Of a stretch of 64,000 nucleotides of DNA, positions 54,935 through 62,921 are shown in pieces (within the stretch, counting starts at the first letter, position 1; each line of letters starts with the position of its first letter). The DNA comes from Schaedlerella sp. (GTDB lineage: Bacteria > Bacillota > Clostridia > Lachnospirales > Lachnospiraceae), in the NCBI GenBank assembly GCA_052272205.1, contig DAVZKO010000001.1, positions 33,262-97,261 of the forward strand. The letters are read 5' to 3'. Under the pieces are notes generated by a model. That model searched no databases. It was not told where the DNA came from and saw nothing but the letters and a program-made list of their open reading frames with translations. A program made the translations under genes and the position numbers.

Positions 54935-55747
54935 ATGTATAGAAAAATAATGGATGATGGAGGTATGAGTGTGACTCAATATATACAAAATTTTGTGAAA
55001 TTCCAGCCACTATTACGAGAGTTGGTTGCACGAGACATTAAGATTAAATATAGACGTTCTGCATTGGGAGTTCTGTGGACACTATTAAACCCATTGTTTA
55101 TGATGATTGTGTTATCGGTAGTTTTTTCAAATCTTTTTAAGTTTGATATTGAAAATTTTCCATTATATTTATTGAGTGGACAAGTGATTTTTAACTTCTT
55201 TAATGATACGACAACAACATCAATGGGAGCAATTATAAGTAACTCATCATTGATAAAAAAAATATATGTACCAAAATATCTTTTCGTTTTATCAAGAGTT
55301 TTTTCAAGTTTTATTAATTTGATGGCTTCATTTACTGCATTAATGCTTGTGATGATAGCTATGCGTGTTGAAATGCATTGGACAGTTATTTTGTCGCCAA
55401 TTCCATTGTTATTTTTAGTTGTATTTTCATTAGGAATAGGCTTGATATTAGCAGCAATAACTGTAAGATTTAGAGATATCATGCATTTGTATTCTGTATT
55501 TACAACAGCGTTGATGTATTTGACACCAGTTATTTATCCAATGTCAATCCTTCCAAAATGGTTATCGCCGATTGTTAGAGCTAATCCAGTTACAAATATA
55601 TTGATTATGTTCCGTGATGTTATGCTAAACGGAAATTTGCCAAGTATTTCTGGGATTATTATAGCTTTGATTGAAACTGTGCTGGCATTGGGAATTGGAT
55701 TATATGTATTCTATAAAAATCAGGATCAATTTATTTTAAATATATAA
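54935..55747 (+). CDS. ABC-2 type polysaccharide/teichoic acid export permease (TagG/Wzm-like)
   Basis: N-terminal LLRELVARDIKIKYRRSALGVLWTLLNPL signature of ABC-2 permeases and six hydrophobic helices. The start codon is ambiguous (54935, 54950 or 54965). Confidence 0.85.
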   Translation: MYRKIMDDGGMSVTQYIQNFVKFQPLLRELVARDIKIKYRRSALGVLWTLLNPLFMMIVLSVVFSNLFKFDIENFPLYLLSGQVIFNFFNDTTTTSMGAIISNSSLIKKIYVPKYLFVLSRVFSSFINLMASFTALMLVMIAMRVEMHWTVILSPIPLLFLVVFSLGIGLILAAITVRFRDIMHLYSVFTTALMYLTPVIYPMSILPKWLSPIVRANPVTNILIMFRDVMLNGNLPSISGIIIALIETVLALGIGLYVFYKNQDQFILNI

Positions 55748-55762
55748 TATTAGGAGAAAAAT

Positions 55763-56497
55763 ATGGAAAAACCAATAATGATTCAAGCAGATCATGTGTA
55801 TATGAAATTCAGTTTGTCATCGGAGAAGTTTGATAGTTTTAAAGAGTACGTGATAAAAAGTATTAAAAAACAGGTGTCATATGATGAATTCTGGGCATTA
55901 AAGGATGTATCATTTGAGTTAAGAAAAGGTGATGCATTGGGATTAATTGGTTTAAACGGTAGTGGGAAAAGTACAATGTTGAAAACGATTGCCGGAGTGT
56001 TAAAACCAACGAAGGGAAGTGTCACTGTAAATGGCTCAATTGCTCCGTTGATTGAATTGGGAGCTGGTTTCGATATGGATTTGACAGCACGTGAAAATGT
56101 ATTTCTTAATGGAGCACTTTTAGGATATTCGCGTAAACAGATGCAGGAATATTATGATGATATAGTAGAATTTTCGGAATTAAAAGATTTTATGGATGTA
56201 CCGGTTAAGAATTTCTCTTCTGGTATGGTTTCGAGATTAGCATTTGCGATTGCAACAATCGGAACGCCGGATATTCTTATTGTAGACGAAGTGCTTTCTG
56301 TTGGGGACTTTCGATTCCAAGAGAAATGCGAACAACGTATACAGAAGATGATGAATGGAGAAACGACAATTCTTTTTGTTTCGCATAATATTAATCAGGT
56401 AGAAAAGTTATGTAATAAAATTGTGTGGTTAGAAAAAGGAGTTGTTAAAGCATTTGGTGATGCCAAAGAAATTGCAGAGGAATATAGAAATTCTTAA
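55763..56497 (+). CDS. polysaccharide/teichoic acid export ATP-binding protein (TagH/Wzt-like, no C-terminal extension)
   Basis: Walker A GLNGSGKST, signature FSSGMVSRLAFA and Walker B ILIVDEVLS. Confidence 0.9.
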   Translation: MEKPIMIQADHVYMKFSLSSEKFDSFKEYVIKSIKKQVSYDEFWALKDVSFELRKGDALGLIGLNGSGKSTMLKTIAGVLKPTKGSVTVNGSIAPLIELGAGFDMDLTARENVFLNGALLGYSRKQMQEYYDDIVEFSELKDFMDVPVKNFSSGMVSRLAFAIATIGTPDILIVDEVLSVGDFRFQEKCEQRIQKMMNGETTILFVSHNINQVEKLCNKIVWLEKGVVKAFGDAKEIAEEYRNS

Positions 56498-56511
56498 TCA
56501 GAGGTAAAAAG

Positions 56512-57114
56512 ATGAAGAAAAAAGTTATAAGAGTATTAGAAAGTATAGTAGTGATTGCACTGGTGTTTTTATATGCGCACATAGCAAAGCCTCATGCGAT
56601 TTATGATAAAACAATAGACCCAAGTGCATATGGAACAGTTACGGAAAGTAAGAATGCTATATTGGAACAGGAATTTGAAGTAAACGAGGATACTTTAGAC
56701 GGAATTCGTGTAAAAGGTGCGGAGAGTGGAGATATTAGTAAAGTGTTTCTCAACTATACATTAGAAGAGGTAGATACAAATGAAGTTGTGGCTGAAGGTG
56801 AGATAAATGCTAAAAAGGCATTAAAAAGTCGATTTTATGAATTACCTTTTGATACGATTGAGGACTGTAATGGAAAGCAATATCGCTTATCCTTGACACA
56901 GAATGCAGAAGATAATGAAAGTGCAGTGCAGTTCTCGTTTGAGAAACAAGAAGAATCTAATACCGCTTTTTATGTTGATGGGGAAAAAATAGACGGAACG
57001 ATGATTTTAAAAACGCTGACGAATAGATTCGATTTGGAAACTTTCTTTGTAGTAATGATATTTGTGATTTATATCGTTGCATTCATGAAATTGTTGTATA
57101 AGTTATTTAAATAA
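56512..57114 (+). CDS. hypothetical bitopic membrane protein
   Basis: Hydrophobic helices at both ends (VVIALVFLYAHIA; FFVVMIFVIYIVAFMKLL) around a ~150-aa acidic domain. I recognise no motif. Confidence 0.5.
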   Translation: MKKKVIRVLESIVVIALVFLYAHIAKPHAIYDKTIDPSAYGTVTESKNAILEQEFEVNEDTLDGIRVKGAESGDISKVFLNYTLEEVDTNEVVAEGEINAKKALKSRFYELPFDTIEDCNGKQYRLSLTQNAEDNESAVQFSFEKQEESNTAFYVDGEKIDGTMILKTLTNRFDLETFFVVMIFVIYIVAFMKLLYKLFK

Positions 57115-57129
57115 TGAGGGATATCTAAT

Positions 57130-59307
57130 ATGCAGGAAATATTAAGGAAAGTTACAAAGACATTAAAAGATGAGGGAATTGCATCAGTTGGGAAAAAGGC
57201 ACGTTCTTATATAAAAACAAAAAGTATTGAAAAAAAATTGAAAACAAGTCAAGTATTCCAGGATGTGTTATTTATAAATGGGTGTGGACCAGAAGTGCCA
57301 CACCCTGCTCGTTATAGGGTATCACATCAGAGAGAACAGTTGACTTATTATAATATTTCGAGTAATGAAGTCTTCTATCAACATTTATCAATGGATATGG
57401 TAAGGTTATATAGAGGCTTCATTTTTTTTCGGTGTCCGTATAATGAACAAATAGGAGAATTTATAAAACTTGCAAAGAAATTGAACAAAGTTGTTTTATA
57501 TGATATTGATGATTTAGTAATTGATACAAAGTATACGGATATGATTCCCTATTTGGATACAATGAAATTAGAAGATAGAAAAGCTTACAATCAGAATGTA
57601 ATGGAGATGGGACATTTACTCAGATTGTGTGATGCTGGAATTACAACAACGACACATTTACAACAAGAAATGCTTCATTACGTTCCGGAGGTTTTGATAA
57701 ATCGTAATACTGCATCAGAAGAGATGGAAAAGCTTTCTGATAAGGCTTTACAAAGCAAAAAAGAATTAGATCATATTCATATTGGTTATTTTAGCGGCAG
57801 TATTACGCATAATGATGATTTTAATATGATTATGCCAGTGATAATAGAACTTATGAAGACATATCATCATTTGAAACTGCATATAGTCGGAGAATTAGAA
57901 CTGCCGGGAGAACTAAATGAATACAAAGAACAGATAATACAGCATCCGTTTGTTGATTGGAGAAAATTACCTGAATTAATAGCACAGGTGGATATAAATC
58001 TAGCACCATTAACAGATACATTATTTAATGCTGCAAAATCAGAAAACAAATGGATGGAAGCTGCATTGGTGCAGGTTCCAACAATTGCTAGTAATCTTGG
58101 AGCATTTGAAGAATGTATAGAATCTGGTGAAACTGGAATTTTATGTTCTTCAGTAGAAGACTGGAAAGAAGCACTTGTTGATTTGATAGAAAATCCAGAT
58201 AAGCGAAATCGTATTGCAAGGAACGCTTGGTATGTATGTAGAGAACGCTGGCTTGCCTATAAGACTGGATATAAGTTAGCAGAGTTCCTAAAGAAAAAAT
58301 TCCATAAGAATATTATTTTTGTGTTACCATCACTTGAGATTAGTGGCGGGGTAATGGTTACATTGAATCATGCTGCTATAATGCAAAAACGTGGATACGA
58401 TGTGTCAGTGGCATATTTGAATGCAAAAGAAAATTGGTGTACTGTAAAGGCACAGAAAATACCGGTGTTACATGCAAATGAAGGTGTGCTAGAAGGAAGT
58501 ATAGATGCTGCGGTAGCTACAATGTGGACGACCGTACAAATACTAAATAGAAATTCGAAAATAAAGAATAAATATTATTTAGTACAAAATTATGAGACCA
58601 ATTTTTATCAGTCAGGTGACCCATTGAGAATTCAAGCAAATAGAACGTATTCTGAAAATAAAAATATAAAATATCTTACAATATCTAAATGGTGTGAATC
58701 GTGGTTAAAAACGGAATTTGGTAAAACATGTAAATACGCACCGAACGGAATTGAGTTTGACAGATTTCATGATACTGCGGAAGAGAGAACATTATCTGGA
58801 AAAATTCGAATACTAATAGAAGGCGATTGTGCATCTTACTATAAAAATGTTGATGAAAGTTTTGAAATTGTAAACAAGTTAGAAAAAGAAAAGTTTGAGA
58901 TATGGTACATGTCTTATAATGCACAACCGAAAGAATGGTATCGGGTAGACAAATTTTTTCATAAAGTTCCGTATGCGAAAGTAGCACAAATATATAGAGA
59001 GTGCGATATTTTAATTAAGACGAGTGTTTTGGAAAGTTTTTCGTATCCACCATTAGAGATGATGGCGACAGGAGGTCTTGTGTTGGCTGTGCCAAATGGT
59101 GGCAATGTGGAATATTTAGAAGACGGAAAAAACTGTATATTATATGAACAGGGTGATATAGAGCAGGCTGTTTCTAAAATCAATCAATTATGCACAGAGA
59201 AAGAATTAAGACACAAATTATATATAGAAGGATTAAAGACTGCAAAAGAACGAGATTGGAATAACATAGAGTCTGCGATAGAAAGTCTGTATATGGAGGA
59301 ATCATAA
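57130..59307 (+). CDS. two-module GT-B glycosyltransferase (candidate glycopolymer polymerase), paralogue 1
   Basis: 725 aa. The N-terminal module has DIDDLVID, GYFSGSITHNDDF and AKSENKWMEAALVQVPTIAS. The C-terminal GT4-like module has the E-x7-E motif ESFSYPPLEMMATGG. Confidence 0.7.
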   Translation: MQEILRKVTKTLKDEGIASVGKKARSYIKTKSIEKKLKTSQVFQDVLFINGCGPEVPHPARYRVSHQREQLTYYNISSNEVFYQHLSMDMVRLYRGFIFFRCPYNEQIGEFIKLAKKLNKVVLYDIDDLVIDTKYTDMIPYLDTMKLEDRKAYNQNVMEMGHLLRLCDAGITTTTHLQQEMLHYVPEVLINRNTASEEMEKLSDKALQSKKELDHIHIGYFSGSITHNDDFNMIMPVIIELMKTYHHLKLHIVGELELPGELNEYKEQIIQHPFVDWRKLPELIAQVDINLAPLTDTLFNAAKSENKWMEAALVQVPTIASNLGAFEECIESGETGILCSSVEDWKEALVDLIENPDKRNRIARNAWYVCRERWLAYKTGYKLAEFLKKKFHKNIIFVLPSLEISGGVMVTLNHAAIMQKRGYDVSVAYLNAKENWCTVKAQKIPVLHANEGVLEGSIDAAVATMWTTVQILNRNSKIKNKYYLVQNYETNFYQSGDPLRIQANRTYSENKNIKYLTISKWCESWLKTEFGKTCKYAPNGIEFDRFHDTAEERTLSGKIRILIEGDCASYYKNVDESFEIVNKLEKEKFEIWYMSYNAQPKEWYRVDKFFHKVPYAKVAQIYRECDILIKTSVLESFSYPPLEMMATGGLVLAVPNGGNVEYLEDGKNCILYEQGDIEQAVSKINQLCTEKELRHKLYIEGLKTAKERDWNNIESAIESLYMEES

Positions 59308-59308
59308 G

Positions 59309-61495
59309 ATGAGTAAAACGGAAAATTTACAACAAAAATTAGTTAGAATAGTAAGAGAAGAGGGGGTTAAGACTGCATATAGAAAGGGAAAAAATTATAT
59401 AAAATTGCGTGTATCAGGAGACCCTATTCGTCATTGTTATAAAGATGTATTGTTTATAAATGGATGTTATTTGCCGCATCCGTCAAGATATCGAGTGGAT
59501 CATCAGGTAGAGCAGTTACAAGCTTTTGGTTTGACAGTAGATAGCATGTTTTATGAACGTGTCAATTTGGAGATATTGAAATATTATCGTGCATTCGTAT
59601 TTTTTAGATGTCCGATTACGACAGAAATAGAGGAATTTATTGATAGAGCTAAATATTATAATAAACCGGTTATATTTGATATTGATGATTTAGTAATTGA
59701 TAGAAAATATACGGATATGATTCCGTATTTAAAAACGATGTCTGAAAATGATAAGAAAGTATATGATGATGGTGTTGAGAGAACGAAGCAGACATTATTA
59801 AAATGCGATTGTGCGATAACAACGACAAGTGTGTTGGCAAATGAACTGAAAAATTATGTTGATGATGTTTATATAAATCGTAATGTCGCATCGGAGAAGA
59901 TGTTGAAATACTCAAAAAGAGCATATAGTAATGCTGTAAAAGATGAAGAGAAAATTATTATGGGCTATTTTAGCGGGAGTATTACACATAATGCCGATTT
60001 TGAATTAATTATGCCTGTAATTAAAGAAATTATGGAAAGCAATAATCAGGTTTATCTTAAGATTGTTGGAGAGTTAGACTTACCAAAAGAGTTGGACAGT
60101 GTTCGAGAGCGAGTGATTGCGGAACCATTTGTAGAGTGGAAAAAACTACCGGAGTTAATAGCTTCTGTAGATATTAATCTGGCGCCATTAGAAGAGTCTA
60201 TTTTCAATGCTGCGAAATCAGAAAATAAATGGCTCGAGGCAGGACTTGTTCATGTGCCGACAATTGCAAGTAAGGTCGGAGCCTTTGAAGAAATGATTCA
60301 GGATGGACAAGATGGTATTTTATGTGCGAATATACATGAGTGGCAAGAAAAATTACAGCTTCTTATAGATGATAAAATGTACAGAGAAGAAATTGGAAGT
60401 AATGCATATGCAATTACAAGAAAGAAAATTACAACTTATACAGGTCGAGGTATAGCCGAGTATGTGATTTCAAAGATGCCAAAAAATTTCGGATTTGTTT
60501 TGCCAACTACTAATATTAGTGGTGGAGTAAATGTAATTATAAAGCATTGTAATATGCTTAGAGATCATGGGTACGATGTGTTTATAGTAAACGAAGACAG
60601 AAAATCTGATGATATTATAAATAAAGATGGATGTATTCCGGTTGTACAAAGTTATGATACACGTTTTGAGGCATATGTGGATACTTTAGTTGCAAGTTTA
60701 TGGAGTACACTTACATTTGTGAAAGTATATCCGAATGTTTTGCATAGAGCATATTTGGTTCAGAATTTTGAAACCAATTTTAGTCCGGACGGATACTTTG
60801 AGAAAACAATGGCAAATGCAACATATAATTCTCTTATTCCAATTCATTATCTTACAATATCAAAATGGTGTCAGGATTGGTTAAAAGAAAAATTTGGAAA
60901 AGATAGTATTTATGTACCAAATGGAATTGATTTAAGTGTTTTCTCTTATAAAGAAAGAGATTTTGAAGGGAAAATTAAAATTCTTATTGAAGGAAATAGT
61001 GATGACCACTATAAAAATGTAGATGAAAGCTTTAAGATTGCTGAAAAACTAGACAAAGATAAATATGAAATCTATTATTTGTCATATCAAGGAGGAGCAA
61101 AATCATGGTATCGTGTAGACAAATTCTTACAAAGAGTTCCACATGACGAAGTTGGAAAAATTTATCAGTCGTGCGATATTTTGTTAAAAACAAGTATTTT
61201 GGAAAGTTTTTCGTATCCACCATTAGAAATGATGGCAACTGGTGGGCTGGCTGTTGTAGCACCAAATGGAGGAAATATTGAGTATTTACGTGACGAAGAA
61301 AATTGTCTAATGTATAAACTTGGTGACATAGATAAGGCAGTTGAACAAATTGACAGACTTGCTGAAGATGCTTTATTAAGAGAAAGATTGATTGCAGGAG
61401 GATTAGAGACTGCCAAAAAACGTGAATGGAGTAAGATTGAGGAGCAAATAGTTACAATGTATCGAGACTTGAAGGAGAATGACGATGAATACTAA
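59309..61495 (+). CDS. two-module GT-B glycosyltransferase, paralogue 2 (tandem duplicate)
   Basis: 728 aa and colinear with the preceding protein. By eye, roughly half of aligned residues are identical, and the motif blocks match (VLFINGC, FFRCP, DIDDLVID.KYTDMIPYL, ESFSYPPLEMMATGG). Confidence 0.7.
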   Translation: MSKTENLQQKLVRIVREEGVKTAYRKGKNYIKLRVSGDPIRHCYKDVLFINGCYLPHPSRYRVDHQVEQLQAFGLTVDSMFYERVNLEILKYYRAFVFFRCPITTEIEEFIDRAKYYNKPVIFDIDDLVIDRKYTDMIPYLKTMSENDKKVYDDGVERTKQTLLKCDCAITTTSVLANELKNYVDDVYINRNVASEKMLKYSKRAYSNAVKDEEKIIMGYFSGSITHNADFELIMPVIKEIMESNNQVYLKIVGELDLPKELDSVRERVIAEPFVEWKKLPELIASVDINLAPLEESIFNAAKSENKWLEAGLVHVPTIASKVGAFEEMIQDGQDGILCANIHEWQEKLQLLIDDKMYREEIGSNAYAITRKKITTYTGRGIAEYVISKMPKNFGFVLPTTNISGGVNVIIKHCNMLRDHGYDVFIVNEDRKSDDIINKDGCIPVVQSYDTRFEAYVDTLVASLWSTLTFVKVYPNVLHRAYLVQNFETNFSPDGYFEKTMANATYNSLIPIHYLTISKWCQDWLKEKFGKDSIYVPNGIDLSVFSYKERDFEGKIKILIEGNSDDHYKNVDESFKIAEKLDKDKYEIYYLSYQGGAKSWYRVDKFLQRVPHDEVGKIYQSCDILLKTSILESFSYPPLEMMATGGLAVVAPNGGNIEYLRDEENCLMYKLGDIDKAVEQIDRLAEDALLRERLIAGGLETAKKREWSKIEEQIVTMYRDLKENDDEY

Positions 61496-62903
61496 TAGTA
61501 TTGCAAAAAAATTTGTTTATCTTTCACTCATATTTGGTATATTATTTATGGTTTTAACACCGCCTTTTCAGGCGCCAGACGAAGATAGCCACTTTAAGAA
61601 GGCCTATGTATTATCAAAAGGAAATTTATTTCCAGATGTGCAGGATGGGAAAGTGGGATATATGCTGCCAAAGGGAATGTTAGATTATATCACTATGCAA
61701 AATAATAAAGGTGGTAATCTCGATGAAAAATTTAACTATAAAGACATGTATTTGACAGAACGATTACCAGGAGAATATGGAGAACAAAAGTTTGATGGAT
61801 TCTCGACAGTAAAAACAAATCCAGTAGGGCATATTGTACAAGCAACAGGAATTGTTTTTGGCAATGTAGTGGCGAAAATATTAGATATTGATAATCCTTC
61901 AGTATTATATTTTTTATATTTTGCAAGATTTTTCAATTTGTTATTTTACGTAACAATAGTGGCAATTAGTATCTCTATTACACCAATATTAAAAAGAACG
62001 ATGGCAATGATTGGAATTATGCCGATGTCGTTATTTTTGGCAGCTACAGTATCGTATGATCCAATATTAATTTCACTTGCGTTTCTAGCATGTGCAATGA
62101 TATTCAGAATTTCTTTTGGCGAAAATCAAAAAGAGCTAACTACTGCATACATAGTTATTTTAAGTGTGATAGCGTATGTGTTTGTTGTTATAAAAATTGT
62201 ATATGTACCAATATTTTTGTTGATGTTATTTTTGCCAAAATTTGAATTCAAAAATAAAAAGATCTATGCTAAGAAATTGATAAGTATGGGAATTATTGTG
62301 ATAGCTTTGTATTTTATTACAAAGCTGACTATGCCAAGTGGAGACACAAGTGTTATTACAGAAGATGCCAAATTGGCATCACAGCAGATGCAGTTTGTAA
62401 TTCATAATCCAGTAAAGTATCTGCAAATATATTTTAATACATTATCAAGTATGAAACTATTTTTTGTTTCAACAACAATTGGTACCTTTGGATTAATTGA
62501 TACAAATTTGTATTGTGTATTTTTGGGGGCATATTTATTTATCATGCCAATTATTGGAATTGCAGAAACAAGTTTAGATAATATAAAAGTAAAGGTTATA
62601 GATAGGATTATAGTGTTTATAAGTGTCTCAGCCGCAATTTTTGGATGTTTTCTGGCAATGTATATATACTGGACATCCATATTGGATAATTATGGAGTGG
62701 GAGCAGGGGCTATTACGGGAGTGCAAGGACGATATTTCATACCAGTAATACCATTAATATTTTTAATATTTGCGAATACAAAATTGCAAAAAGTAGAAAA
62801 ATTAAACAAAATTATGAAAACCATAGTAGATAATTTTATATTGCCAAGCAGTATAATGCTTTGCGCATCTGTCGTTGCTATATTATTGCGATTCTGGTGT
62901 TAG
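61485..62903 (+). CDS. polytopic membrane protein of the DUF2142 type (possible GT-C fold glycosyltransferase)
   Basis: About 12 hydrophobic helices. The acidic motif PPFQAPDEDSHFKKAY lies right after TM1, as in DUF2142 and GT-C first-loop motifs. ATG at 61485 is 7 nt after AAGGAG and overlaps the upstream gene. Confidence 0.6.
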   Translation: MNTNSIAKKFVYLSLIFGILFMVLTPPFQAPDEDSHFKKAYVLSKGNLFPDVQDGKVGYMLPKGMLDYITMQNNKGGNLDEKFNYKDMYLTERLPGEYGEQKFDGFSTVKTNPVGHIVQATGIVFGNVVAKILDIDNPSVLYFLYFARFFNLLFYVTIVAISISITPILKRTMAMIGIMPMSLFLAATVSYDPILISLAFLACAMIFRISFGENQKELTTAYIVILSVIAYVFVVIKIVYVPIFLLMLFLPKFEFKNKKIYAKKLISMGIIVIALYFITKLTMPSGDTSVITEDAKLASQQMQFVIHNPVKYLQIYFNTLSSMKLFFVSTTIGTFGLIDTNLYCVFLGAYLFIMPIIGIAETSLDNIKVKVIDRIIVFISVSAAIFGCFLAMYIYWTSILDNYGVGAGAITGVQGRYFIPVIPLIFLIFANTKLQKVEKLNKIMKTIVDNFILPSSIMLCASVVAILLRFWC

Positions 62904-62921
62904 AAAAGTGAGAGGAAAGAG

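Noticed and set aside
54976-55482. 168-aa minus-strand ORF antisense to the ABC permease gene.
   Set aside because: It is a shadow ORF in A/T-rich coding sequence. The plus-strand product has the clear ABC-2 permease signature.
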